Source: Antedon mediterranea (taxonomy: Eukaryota; Animalia; Echinodermata). From it: DNA of 64,000 bases. The notes under the pieces are model-generated. The model worked only from the letters and a program-made list of their open reading frames with translations. It searched no databases and had not been told where the DNA came from. The position numbers and the translations under genes were made by a program. The stretch's first letter is position 1; every line of letters starts with the position of its first letter. The stretch is from NCBI RefSeq assembly GCF_964355755.1, contig NC_092672.1:36152437-36216436 (forward strand), in the 5' to 3' direction. Of the stretch, positions 13,402-27,485 are shown piece by piece.

Positions 13402-14300
13402 TTATTCATTATGAAATAAAATAGTAGATGAAATGAGATACATTTCATTATTATTAATTAATAATATTATAATAATGCCTAACAAAAAATGGTTGGTTTG
13501 CTGTAACATTGTGAAAATTATTGTGGAGGGGCTGGTGTAAAAAAGTTTTTGTCATTAAATATGTTATGTTTAAAATAATTTCATATCATAGTAATATATT
13601 TTAGTTTTAAATTACATTTCAGAGTTGGGAAAAAACATCTTTTTATTATTTTAATATATTTTAAATGATATGACTTAAACTTGAATATATTTGTTAAAAA
13701 TCTTGTAATTGAATAAAATATATTGTGAAGATTATTATGCAATATTACTATCTATAGTACTACTACTAGTATTGATACTCTATTAATTATTCAAGAGTAA
13801 TAATAATATTATATATATTATATATATTATATTTGTTAATGTTGTAATTGAATAAAATCTATTGTGAAGATTATTATGCAATATTACTAGTAGTACTACT
13901 AGGCCTAGTTTTTTTAATTATTTTTCATTCCATAAATCACATTCTGTGGCCTACGCTTACTAGTTAGGCCAAGCTGGTCCACCACATGATAATTGGTTGA
14001 CAGTCGTACCCGTGCGCGCGCTCTGACTGACATCTGCGGACTACTGAATACTACTACATATAGGCCTAGTACTACTACCTAGGCCTAGGCCTAGAAATTA
14101 CAGACGCCCGCCTAGCTTGGAATAATAGCTGTTAGTTATTCACTTACCAGTCATTCCAACCCTCTCGCCAATCTCGTTCCATATATCATTTTTTTAAATG
14201 TTGTTTTTGTATTCGGCGTGTCCCTTGTCATACAGAACTGTGTTATTTGAACGTTCAAAATCAGTGTTTCCAAAACAACGTCTGATGTTGTGTCAGCCAT
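11612..14300 (-). pseudogene. Harbinger accessory MADF (Myb/SANT-like) + BESS protein, exons ~14300-14148, 12273-12117, 11949-11612
   Basis: VLYDKGHAEYKN..DIWNEIGERVG | DLARKKWGNIRDAY..KYKFEDILSFL | LSMAEILRKLPERARADIRFKIHKLV, with GT-AG boundaries. Exon 1 has a frameshift and a stop. Confidence 0.8.
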
Positions 14301-16673
14301 CGCGCCACAGAGGAGGAGAGGAGGAGTGGAGAAATTCACTGTTGATGACAGGTATGACGTACCATCATCTGATTGGCTAAAAACAAAATTATCGGGCGAT
14401 ACCAAAAAAAAAATCGCTAATTCGACCGATTTGGCTCCCGATGACCGTCTCGATTATCGCTCTAGTGTGACCGCCCCCGCTCTTATGCACTATACCGATA
14501 TTTTTGTATCGATATCGGTCTAAAATATCGGTAAGGTGTGACCGGGCCTTAACTGCCCTAAAAATAATGCGAGTGATATTCGTTATTCAAGTCCAACACC
14601 CAAGGTGCTCCTTTAATCCTGTTTCTTGAATGTGAACCAGATTACTAAAACAAAACATAACAATGACCTATAAATGCATGTCTAGCAATAATATGTGGCT
14701 CCTTAAGCGTCAAACTGAAAAGTTTTGTATTTAAGTTAAAACAAACAATATAAAAGACGATCCCTTAAAACTGAAACTGAAACTGAAACTGTTAAATTAA
14801 AATAAAAATAATATCATTTTACTTCCTGTCGTGTGTCTTATTGGTTATCCGCAAGGTATTGTGGATAACGCAATTGTGATTGTCAGGATATTTTTTGTTC
14901 TTCTTCTTCTTTGTTTTTGTCTCTCTCTAAACCTTGAAAACTGAACATTTTTATGCTTTACCAGAATTTAGACCTTATATGAATTATTAAGATTTTCGTA
15001 ACGTACGCGTGATTTTATGAAGCTTATGATTGATCATAAATTCTGAACTAAACGACATTTCTTAATGAAATTTGTTAAAAGTTAAGTATACTTATAATAT
15101 GGGGCTTTTTTTAATTATGAATGCGTGTAACATTTGTACCAACCGGACATTGTGACGTCATCATATTATTTTTCCTCTTTTGTACTAGTTAATCACATTT
15201 AATAGAGAGCATCGCGCTTATTCGTATTCCATGTTCTTTTTCAATCTATTGTCTTTCACATGTGTTACAAACATTTTAATTTATGACGTCATCATGTAAA
15301 AAAAAATAGAATAACTTGGGTTACTTAATTTCATTTCAAATTGTATCTATCGGATGTCGTAATATTATCATATGGCCAGTTGAACGTCTATACCACGTTA
15401 CAAAATATACAAAATTGAGGACTGCAATTATCTTACCGTACTCCGAAACATCAAATCAGTAAGACGTTTTCTCAATGAAGATGCTACATGTATGCTCGTT
15501 CATCTGGAATAGATTATTGCAATAGAGTTCTTTATTTACGGATTGCTTTCCTCATCAGCTTTTACTAAATATCACCGCTCGTCTTGTTTCTCGAACACTA
15601 CCGAACACACCCGAACATTTCACTCGTACATTCCAGCGTCTCAATTGGTTACCATTGAAACATCCACGTTCATTTATTTGTTTTCAAATAATTATATTAT
15701 TGAGAATTTGTATTCATGATTCGCATTCTGTATTTTGAAAGAACGGATTAATACCTTTTTATTTTCGTCAGTTTACTTTTCATTCTTGCCCGTCAGTTTT
15801 CATAGCCTTAATAGGATAGAAGGCGCCTGATTCATGAGATGACAGAAACTTACTGAAACCATGGTTAGGGCGTATTGATCATCATGTTTGGGTATTGCAT
15901 GGACTTTTCCTTGAATATCTTTCACAACATCTCGAAGTTTGTTTTGTTTTGTTTTTGCGCTTTAGCATTTCAAAACTATAGTAACCAATAAATATTAATC
16001 AATACGGTATCCCTAGAAAACCTATATCGCACGCCATGAAAGTAATCAATAACACTATCAAACGATAGGCCTGCTTAACCTTTCTGAAAACTTAATGAAA
16101 TATTGAAAAAGCTGCTCAGGAACTGAAAACTATATAAATGCTTAGTTATTTTGTTTGCGTATAAGTAATGAATTCTTTCCTCACAGCGCAAATACTGCCA
16201 TGGTGTAAATATTCTTGTTACACTGCTTAGTATAGTATTTATGTCCTTATAAAATAGTGAAAGATTGCAAATAATTTAAAGATGGTTGTAGAAGAAATCA
16301 AGATATGCCATTACATAGTTACGACTAGACTTTATGTCCCATTTTCATTTATAAAATGTTTCTTCTTTTTACATCCAATATATAATCGAAATAAAAAGAA
16401 CAAAAACATTTAGAGCGAAAGACTATACAAAAATGATGCCGTGAGTAAATGAGTGTTAAATGTAAAAATGGAAATGTTTAAAATAAAAATAATACATACA
16501 AAGGAAAGTAAGAATAAGAACGCTATTAACAAGATACAAGATGACGTCGCCATAACGTACATGTTCCATCGAAGCACATAAATAAGAAAACTAGCAACTG
16601 ACACAAAAGCTGCAGAGCTACAAGTTGCAAAAATAGTGTAAAGAGTGTGAAGTCATAACATACGTAGACTTAC

Positions 16674-17713
16674 CTGATGTCCCATCGGAATGCATAAATA
16701 AGAAAACCAGCAACTGTCAAGAAAGCTGCAGAGCTACAAGCTGCTATGATAATAATGGTTGTGACGTCATAACATCTGAGAGATTCTGCATTGAAATTCA
16801 TTATTGTTATATTTTTCTTGTGACATACAGCGTCATCAAGATCTGCTAACACAGCGTTAGTTTGATTAAGCCACTGACGAAACCATACTAGGCTACAATC
16901 GCAGCTCAGGGGATTGAATGCAAATCCAAGCTGAAGTAATTTAGTTAAATTCTGAATTCCAACATCTTTACTGATTGTTGTTATTCTGTTTTTGTGTATA
17001 AAAAGACGTGAAATGTTTAGAGAATCCAAAAACATGTTATCTTCCAGATTGGTAATATAATTACGCGAAAAATCTACGTTTTGTAGAAATCTGTAATTTC
17101 TGAAAATACCAGCAGGTAACTGTGTTAGCTGGTTTCCTGTTAAGTGAACTGAAATCAGATTAACGCAATTTTTAAACACTCCACTCTGCAAAGTCTTTAC
17201 AGATGAATATCTAATGTGAACAGATGTTAGCGCAGTTAACTTTAAAAACCAAGCTCTTGGTATGTGCGAAAGAGCTCGATTATAATCCAGGTATAATGTT
17301 TCAAGTTTGGTGAGATTATTAAACGAATCATCGTCTATGTTATTGTACTGTAAGATATTATCAACCAATGTTAAAAGTGTCATTTCCCGAAAGTTAGCCA
17401 ATGCATTAGACTTGATTCCACTAATGTCATTATAATTGAGACGTAAAGCGCCAACATCGACTGGGATATCTCTAGTTGGAATGTGACGATATTGTTTCCC
17501 TCTACACCTTACTTCATGGCTTGCATACATCTGTGTTTGGTCGATATGACGAGTGCAATATACGCAAGTACATTCTTGTGGACACATCGTTGTATTTCGG
17601 GCTTGAGTTCCGTTTATTCTGAACGGATTGTATGGCGTACACTTTTTCGAAGTGAAAGGTACAGCAATTACAAACAGCGTAAACACACAAAACAGAATGG
17701 CGTTGATATTCAT
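16674..17713 (-). CDS. V5: LRR ectodomain + TM cassette
   Basis: Same architecture; phase-2 AG|GTAAGT donor. Confidence 0.9.
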
Positions 17714-18437
17714 GTTGTCCGAAACGCTAATAATTAAGACATTGATATGATATACCGCAGATGACCGTTGTCCACTTTACTGTAAGCAGTGTTACAAATA
17801 AACTTTCTTCCTAAATAGTTAGCGATGTATGTATGTACGTATAGTTTTGCTTCCGTGGAAGTGTATGAACAAACAAACCACCTCTAGTAGTAAGCATCCA
17901 ACTTTCAAAATGCGGCCATCTCGTAAGCGAACACCTCCCTAAAAGGACCATACATCGTAAGCAAGCACCCTCGTTAGTGACCACCATACTGCGATATGGT
18001 ATTCACTTTCCTGGAGTTATAAGCGAAATGAACGGAAAAGGCCGCGGTCCACCTACAGTATATGTTGTTAGCGACCACCATACTGTGATAATATGGTATT
18101 CATTTACCTGGAGTTAGAAGCGAAATGAACGGAAAAGACCGCGGCGCAGCTATGTACAGTATATGTTGTTTACTGTTTCCTGTTTCGTATGGTGATTACT
18201 TCTACAGAACCGAGAGCAACATAATATAAATTTAAAACATCGTGCTACGTCTGTTTAAATGAAAACAATTGATTAAAAGCTACAGTTGTAAAAATATTGT
18301 AAGGTGTGTGATCATAACATACGTAGACTTACCTGATGTCCTATAACAATAAGAAAACTAGCAACTGTCAAGAAAGCTGCGGAGCTACAATTTGCAATGA
18401 TAATAATGATTGTGACGTCATTACATACCAGACTTAC

Positions 18438-19477
18438 CTGATATCCCATCGAAACACATAAATAAGAAAACCAGCAACTGTCAAGAAAGCTGCAGAGCTA
18501 CAAGCTGCTATGATAATAATGGTTGTGACGTCATAACATCTGAGAGATTCTGCATTGAAATTCATTATTGTTATATTTTTCTTGTGACATACAGCGTCAT
18601 CAAGATCTGCTAACACAGCGTTAGTTTGATTAAGCCACTGACGAAACCATACTAGGCTACAATCGCAGCTCAGGGGATTGAATGCAAATCCAAGCTGAAG
18701 TAATTTAGTTAAATTCTGAATTCCAACATCTTTACTGATTGTTGTTATTCTGTTTTTGTGTATAAAAAGACGTGAAATGTTTAGAGAATCCAAAAACATG
18801 TTATCTTCCAGATTGGTAATATAATTACGCGAAAAATCTACGTTTTGTAGAAATCTGTAATTTCTGAAAATACCAGCAGGTAACTGTGTTAGCTGGTTTC
18901 CTGTTAGGTGAACTGAAATCAGATTAACGCAATTTGTTAACACTCCACTTTGTAAAGTCTTTACAGATGAATATCTAATGTAAACAGATTTTAACGCAGT
19001 TAACTTTAAAAACCAAGCTCTTGGTATATGAGAAAGAGCTCGATTGTAATCCAGGTATATTATTTCAAGTTTAATGAGATTATTAAACGAATCATCGTCT
19101 ATATAAGTGTACTGTAAGATATTATCAACCAATGTTAAAACGTTCATTTTATGAAAGTTAGCCAAGTCATTAGACTTAATTCCACTAATGTGATTGGAAT
19201 CGAGACGTAAAGTGCCAACATCAACTGGGATATCTCTGGTTGGAATGTGATGGAATCGCTTCTGCTTACACCTTACCTCATGGCTTGCATACATCTGTGT
19301 TTGGTCGATATGACTAATGCAGTATACGCAATAACAATCGTTTGGACAAATCGTTGTATTTCGTGCTTGCGTTCCGTTTACTCTGAACGGATTGTATGGC
19401 GTACACTTTTTCGAAGTGGAAGGTACAGCAATTACACACAGCGTAAACACACAAAACAGAGTAATGTTAATATTCAT
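18438..19477 (-). CDS. V6: LRR ectodomain + TM cassette
   Basis: Same architecture; phase-2 donor. Confidence 0.9.
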
Positions 19478-22031
19478 GTTGTACCAGATACGTAACGCTA
19501 ATAATTAAGATATTGATATGATATACTGCAGATGACCGTTGTCCACTTCATCTGTAAGCAGTGTTACAAATAAACTTTCTTCCTGAATAATTAGCGATGT
19601 ATGTATGTAGTTTTTCTTCCGTGGAAGATAAGTAAGTAATGGAAGCAAATCCTCACCTTGGTATAAATGTTATCCGTGTGTTAGAAATATAAAGTATTGT
19701 GCTTCCAAGGAAGTGTTTTTAAAACCACTATATTTTGAGTTATTTTATTTCCTGTTCTTTGTGACCCAAGGTACACACTGTTAAATTAAAATTAAAATAA
19801 TATCATTTTACTTCCTGTTGTGTGTCTTATTGGTTATCCGCAAGGTATTGTGGATAACGCAATTGTGATTGTCAGGATTTTTTTGTTCTTCTTCTTCTTT
19901 GTTTTTGTCTCTCTCTAAACCTTGAAAACTGAACATTTTGTAACTTTACCAGAATTTAGACCTTATATGAATTATTAAGATTTTCGTAACGTACGCGTGA
20001 TTTTATGAAGCGTATGATTGATCATAAATTCTGAACTAAACGACATTTCTTAATGAAACTTGTTAAAAGTATACTTATAATATGGGGCTTTTTTTAATTA
20101 TGAATGCGTGTAACATTTGTACCAACCGGATATTGTGACGTCATCATATTATTTTTCCTCTTTTGTACTAGTTAATCACATTTAATAGAGAGCATCGCGC
20201 TTATTCGTATTCCATGTTCTTTTTCAATCTATTGTCTTTCACATGTGTTACAAACATTTTAATTTATGACGTCATCATGTAAAAAAAAATAGAATAACTT
20301 GGGTTACTTAATTTCATTTCAAATTGTATCTATCGGATGTCGTAATATTATCAAATGGCCAGTTGAACGTCTATACCACGTTATTATACAAAATTGAGGA
20401 CTGCAATTATCTTACCGTACTCCGAAACATCAAATCAGTAAGACGTTTTCTCAATGAAGATGCTACACGTATGCTCGTTCATCTGGATTAGATTATTGCA
20501 ATAGAGTTCTTTATTTACGGATTGCTTTCATCATCAACTTTTACTGAATATAACCGCTCGTCTTGTTTCTCGAACATACCCGAACACACCCGAACATTTC
20601 ACTCGTACATTCCATCGTCTCAATTGGTTACCAGTGAAAGATCCACGTTCATTTATTTGTTTTCAAATAATTATATTCGTCATATTTCCCCACCGTACAT
20701 TTCTGAACTAATTCATCTTCGTTCAGTAATCTGCGCTCTTACACTCGGACCAACATCAGATGAAACTGAACTCTCCATTCTCCACACTGTCGGTTGAATG
20801 CATATGAAGAGCGACCGTTTATAGTTGCTGTGTCAAATTTGTTTAAGAATTTTTATTCATGATTCGCCTTCTGTATTTTGAAAGAACGGCTTAATACCAT
20901 TTATTTTCGTCAGTTTAATTATTGATTTTCATTCTTGCCCGTCAGTTTTCATAGCCTTACCAGGATAGAAGGCGCCTGATTCATGAGATGACAGAAACTT
21001 ACTGAAACCATGGTTAGGGCGTATTGATCATCATGTTTGTGTATTGCATGGACTTTTCCTTGAATATCTTTCACAGCATCTCGAAGTTTGTTTTGTTTTG
21101 TTTTTGCGCTTTAGAATTTCAAAACTATAGTAACCAATAAATATTTTAATATCAAATTAAAATCAGTTTCCTAGAAAAACTATATCGTATGCCATGAAGG
21201 TAATAACACTATCAATGATAATTAACCTTTCTGAAACCTTAATGAAATTGAAATTGAACAATATATAAATGCTTAGTTATGTTTTTTGCGTGAAATTTCT
21301 TCTCACAACCCAAATGTTGCACTGGTGTAAATATTCTTGTTACACTGCTTAGTATAGTATGTATGTCCATATAAAATAGTGAAAGGTTGCAATAATTTAA
21401 AGATTGAGGTAGAAGAAATCAAGATAGGCCATTACATAGTTTCGACTAGACTTTATGTCCCATTTTCATTTTATAAAATGCTTCTTCTTTTTACATCCAA
21501 TATATAATCGAAATCAAAAGAAAAAAACATTTAGAGCGAAATAGTATACAAAAATGATGAGTAAATGAGTAACAAAGTGTAAAAATGGAAATGTTTAAAA
21601 TAAAAATAATGCACACAAAAGAAAGTAACAATAAGAACGCTATTAACAAGATACAAGATGACGTCGCCATAACGTACGTAGACTTACCTGATGTTCCATC
21701 GAAGCACATAAATAAGAAAACTAGCAACTGACACAAAAGCTGCAGAGCTACAAGTTGCAAAAATAGTGTAAAGAGTGTGAAGTCATAACATACGTAGACT
21801 TACCTGATGTCCCATCGGAATGCATAAATAAGAAAACCAGCAACTGTCAGGAAAGCTGCAGAGCTACAAGTTGCAATGATAATAATGATTGTGACGTCAT
21901 AACATACGTAGACTTACCGGATGTCCCATCGGAATGCATAAATACGAAAACCAGCAACTGTCAAGAAAGCCGCAGATCTAAAAGTTGTAATGACAATAGA
22001 GATTGTGACGTCATAACATACGTAGACTTAC

Positions 22032-23065
22032 CTGATATCCCATCGAAACAGATAAATAAGAAAACCAGCAACTGACAAGAAAGCTGCAGAGCTACAAGCT
22101 GCTATGATAATAATGGTTGTGGCGTCATAACATCTGAGAGATTCTGCATCGAAATTCATTATTGTTATATTTTTCTTGTGACATACAGCGTCATCAAGAT
22201 CTACAAACGTAACGTTAGTTTGATTAAGCCACTGACGAAACCATACTAGGCTACAATCGCAGCTCAGGGGATTGAATGCAAATCCAAACAGAAGTAATTT
22301 AGTTAAATTCTGAATTCCAACATCTTTACTAATTGATCTTATTTGGTTTTTGTGTATAAAAATATTTGAAATGTTTGGAGAATCCAAAAACATGTTATCT
22401 TTCAGATTGGTAATAGAATTACGCGAAAAATCGACGTTCTTTAGAAATCTGTGATTTCTTAATATATCAGCAGGTAAACTTGTTAGCTGGTTTCCAGTTA
22501 AGTGAACTGTTGTCAAGTTAACGCAATTTTTAAACACTCCACTCTGCAAAGTCTTTACAGCTGAATATCTAATGTAAACATTTTCTAGTGAAGTTAACTT
22601 TAAAAACCAAGCTCTTTGTATGTGAGAAAGAGCTCGATTATAATCCAGGTATAATATTTTAAGTTCTGTGAGATTGTTAAACGAATCATCGTCTATGTTA
22701 TTGTACTGTAAGATATTTCCAACCAATGTTAAAACTGTCATTTCACGAAAGTTAGCCAATGCATTAGACTTGATTCCACTAATGTGATTGTAATTGAGAC
22801 GTAAAGCGCCAACATCAACTGGGATATCTCTGGTTGGAATGTGACGAAATTGCTTTCTCATACACCTTACCTCATGGCTTGCATACATATGTGTTTCCTC
22901 GATAATGCAATATGGGCAAGTACATTCGTGTGGACGTATCGTTGTATTTTGTGCTTGAGTTCCGTTTATTCTGAACGGATTGTATGGCGTACACTCTTTC
23001 GAAGTGGAAGGTACAGCAATTACAAACAGCGTAAACACACAAAACAGAGTAATGTTAATAGTCAT
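22032..23065 (-). CDS. V7: LRR ectodomain + TM cassette (near-identical to V4; LRRNT Cys replaced by Arg, TTIRPHEC)
   Basis: ATG at 23065; phase-2 donor. Confidence 0.88.
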
Positions 23066-25991
23066 GTTTCCTAGATAAGTAAGTAATGGAAGCAAATAAA
23101 TTTCATCCGTGTGCTAGAAATATAAAGTATCCAAGGAAGTGTTTTTAAAACCACTATTAACGACCATTTGAGTTATTTCCTGTTCTTTGTGAACCAAGGT
23201 ACACACTGTTCTATATTAACTATCTTATTGTTTGTTTGTATCTTATTCAACCATCCTATTTGTTCTATTTGTCTTTATTTAAATCCACTCAGGCAGCTCC
23301 ATAAGGCCTGGTATCTATTATTAATTATTTAAGCTGCAGTGACACTCCATGGTGGAAACGCTCATATACAGTGCGTTCATAAAACCATCAAATACAAAAA
23401 AACAGATGGATACAATTTCAAATGGATAAACCTGGAAACAATACAGTAGATAGTTAATATTTAAAAAATACCAATTTTAAAATATAAGAAAGAGATTTTT
23501 GATCGACTTTAAGTTATTCCTGCAGTGCTGGTCATGGTTCAGCGGGGATCAGCTCTTCTATCTAGACCGTCAGGGGTAGACTCGTCACGTCCATCTTAGA
23601 GTTCCTTATTTTAGTGTTCCTCACAGTATTCTGGGACCCATTCTGTTTCTCATTTACATACATCCTCCTGACTTATCCATAATCGTCACATAGATGCAGA
23701 TGACATCGTCAAAGTTTTAGGAATATTATTTGTGTAATTCCAAAGAGACTATCCACAAGATAGTAGATTGCATCGTGACTGGCAATGTTACGCTGTAATA
23801 CTGATGAGACAAAAGTAGGCCTACTACATTGTAACTGCCCTAAAAATAATGCGAGTGATATTCGTTATTCAAGTCCAACACCCAAGGTGCTCCTTTAATC
23901 CTGTTTCTTGAATGTGAACCAGATTACTAAAACAAAACATAACAATGACCTATAAATGCATGTCTAGCAATATATGTGGCTCCTTAAGCGTCAAACTGAA
24001 AAGTTTTGTATTTAAGTTAAAACAAACAATATAAAAGACGATCCCTTAAAACTGAAACTGAAACTGAAACTGTTAAATTAAAATTAAAATAATATCATTT
24101 TACTTCCTGTCGTGTGTCTTATTGGTTATCCGCAAGGTATTGTGGATAACGCAATTGTGATTGTCAGGATATTTTTTGTTCTTCTTCTTCTTTGTTTTTG
24201 TCTCTCTCTAAACCTTGAAAACTGAACATTTTGTAACTTTACCAGAATTTAGACCTTATATGAATTATTAAGATTTTCGTAACGTACGCGTGATTTTATG
24301 AAGCTTATGATTGATCATAAATTCTGAACTAAACGACATTTCTTAATGAAATTTGTTAAAAGTTAAGTATACTTATAATATGGGGCTTTTTTTAATTATG
24401 AATGCGTGTAACATTTGTACCAACCGGACATTGTGACGTCATCATATTATTTTTCCTCTTTTGTACTAGTTAATCACATTTAATAGAGAGCATCGCGCTT
24501 ATTCGTATTCCATGTTCTTTTTCAATCTATTGTCTTTCACATGTGTTACAAACATTTTAATTTATGACGTCATCATGTAAAAAAAAATAGAATAACTTGG
24601 GTTACTTAATTTCATTTCAAATTGTATCTATCGGATGTCGTAATATTATCATATGGCCAGTTGAACGTCTATACCACGTTACAAAATATACAAAATTGAG
24701 GACTGCAATTATCTTACCGTACTCCGAAACATCAAATCAGTAAGACGTTTTCTCAATGAAGATGCTACATGTATGCTCGTTCATCTGGAATAGATTATTG
24801 CAATAGAGTTCTTTATTTACGGATTGCTTTCCTCATCAGCTTTTACTAAATATCACCGCTCGTCTTGTTTCTCGAACACTACCGAACACACCCGAACATT
24901 TCACTCGTACATTCCAGCGTCTCAATTGGTTACCAGTGAAACATCCACGTTCATTTATTTGTTTTCAAATAATTATATTATTGAGAATTTGTATTCATGA
25001 TTCACATTCTGTATTTTGAAAGAACGGATTAACACCTTTTTATTTTCGTCAGTTTACTTTTCATTCTTGCCCGTCAGTTTTCATAGCCTTAATAGGATAG
25101 AAGGCGCCTGGTTCATGAGATGACAGAAACTTACTGAAACCATGGTTAGGGCGTATTGATCATCATGTTTGGGTATTGCATGGACTTTTCCTTGAATATC
25201 TTTCACAACATCTCGAAGTTTGTTTTGTCTTGTTTTTGCGCTTTAGCATTTCAAAACTATAGTAACCAATAAATATTAATCAATACGGTATCCCTAGAAA
25301 ACCTATATCGTACGCCATGAAAGTAATCAATAACACTATCAAACGATAGGCCTACTTAACCTTTCTGAAAACTTAATGAAATATTGAAAAAGCTGCTCAG
25401 GAACTGAAAACTATATAAATGCTTAGTTATTTTGTTTGCGTATAAGTAATAAATTATTTCCTCACAGCGCAAATACTGCCATGGTGTAAATATTCTTGTT
25501 ACACTGCTTAGTATAGTATTTATGTCCTTATAAAATAGTGAAAGATTGCAAATAATTTAAAGATGGTTGTAGAAGAAATCAAGATATGCCATTACATAGT
25601 TACGACTAGACTTTATGTCCCATTTTCATTTATAAAATGTTTCTTCTTTTTACATCCAATATATAATCGAAATAAAAAGAACAAAAACATTTAGAGCGAA
25701 AGACTATACAAAAATGATGCCGTGAGTAAATGAGTGTTAAATGTAAAAATGGAAATGTTTAAAATAAAAATAATACATACAAAGGAAAGTAAGAATAAGA
25801 ACGCTATTAACAAGATACAAGATGACGTCGCCATAACGTACGTAGATTGTGACGTCATAACGTACGTAGACTTACCTGATGTTCCATCGAAGCACATAAA
25901 TAAGAAAACTAGCAACTGACACAAAAGCTGCAGAGCTACAAGTTGCAAAAATAGTGTAAAGAGTGTGAAGTCATAACATACGTAGACTTAC

Positions 25992-27031
25992 CTGATGTCC
26001 CATCGGAATGCATAAATAAGAAAACCAGCAACTGTCAGGAAAGCTGCAGAGCTACAAGTTGCAATGATAATAATGATTGTGACGTCATAGCATCTGAGAG
26101 ATTCTGCATCGAAATTCATCATTGTTATATTTTTCTTTTCACATATGGCGTCATCAATATTTATCAACGTAGCGTCAGTTTGGTTAAGCCACTGACGAAA
26201 CCATACTAGGCTACAATCGCAGCTCAGAGGATTAAATGCAAATCCCAACCGAAGTAATTTAGTTAAATTCTGAATTCCAACATCTTTACTAATTGTTCTT
26301 ATTTGATTTTTGTGTATAAAAAGACGTGAAATGTTTAGAGAATCCAAAAACATGTTATCTTCCAGATTGGTAATAGAATTACGCGAAAAATCGACGTTCT
26401 TTAGAAATCTGTGATTTCTTAATATATCAGCAGGTAAACGTATGAGCTGGTTTCCAGTTAAGTGAACTGAAATCAGATTAACGCAATTTTTAAACACTCC
26501 ACTTTGTAAAGTCTGTACAGCTGAATATCTAATGTAAACAGATTTTAACGCAGTTAACTTTAAAAACCAAGCTCTTGGTACGTGAGAAAGAGCTCGATTA
26601 TAATCCAGGTATAATGTAGTGAGTTTAATAAGATTATTAAACGAATCATCCTCTATGTTATTGTACTGTAAGATATTATCAACCAATGTTAAAACTATAA
26701 TTTCACGAAAGTTAGCCAATGCATTAGACTTGATTCCACTAATGTGATTATAATTGAGATGTAAATAGCCAACATCGACAGGGATATCTCTGGTTGGAAT
26801 GCGATGAAATTGCTTCTGTGTGCACCTTACTTCATGGCTTGCATACATATGTGTTTGGTCGATATGACGAATGCAATATACGCAAGAACATTCGTGTGGA
26901 CACATCGTTGTATTTCGTGCTTGAGTTCCGTTTATTCTGAACGGATTGTATAATGTACACTTTCTCGAAGTGGAAGGTACAGCAATTACAAACAGCGTAA
27001 ACACACAAAACAGAATGGTGTTGATATTCAT
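25992..27031 (-). CDS. V8: LRR ectodomain + TM cassette
   Basis: Same architecture; phase-2 donor. Confidence 0.9.
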
Positions 27032-27071
27032 GTTGTCCCCAGAGTATTAAAAAGTAATTAAGGTATATGAT

Positions 27072-27485
27072 GCAGATCTTCATACAAATATTGAAGTAAT
27101 GTCCATTACACAGAGGACATTATGTCCGATTGCTTCTCTGCAGTGTTTTAAAGACTAGTACAAGGCTAAATAGCAAATCTTCATACAAGTATTGAAGTAA
27201 TGTCCATTACACAGAGGACATTATGTCCGATTGCTTCTCTGCAGTGTTTTAAAGACTAGTACAAGGCTAAATAGCAAATCTTCATACAAGTATTGAAGTA
27301 ATGTCCATTACACAGAGGACATTATGTCCGATTGCTTCTCTGCAGTGTTTTAAAGACTAGTACAAGGCTAAATAGCAGATCTTCATACAAATATTGAAGT
27401 AATGTCTATTACACAGAGGACATTATGTCCGATTGCTTCTCTGCAGTGTTTTAAAGACTAGTACAAGGCTAAATAGCAGATCTTC
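27072..27485. repeat. 101-bp tandem repeat, 4 copies, just upstream of the V8 ATG
   Basis: atcttc recurs at 27076, 27177, 27278, 27379 and 27480, with near-identical units. Confidence 0.95.

Larger units (their letters stand above)
10507..14549. mobile_element. PIF/Harbinger DNA transposon, full length (4043 bp), disabled
   Basis: TIRs aggcccggtcacacctaaccgata (23/24 match), TAA target duplication at 10504-10506 and 14550-14552, empty site with a single TAA at 23832-23834, plus transposase and MADF genes. Confidence 0.95.

Noticed and set aside
10507-14549. Harbinger transposase as a domesticated RAG-like recombinase for the LRR array
   Set aside because: It has intact TIRs and TSD, is absent from the paralogous segment, and both genes are disabled. 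No TIR-like signals flank the cassettes.
20522-20797. ORFs repeated at 7264-7591, 20522-20797 and 39311-39586 as a conserved small gene or the missing constant exon
   Set aside because: They are on the opposite strand to the cassettes, frames are broken in other spacer copies, and there is no recognisable domain.
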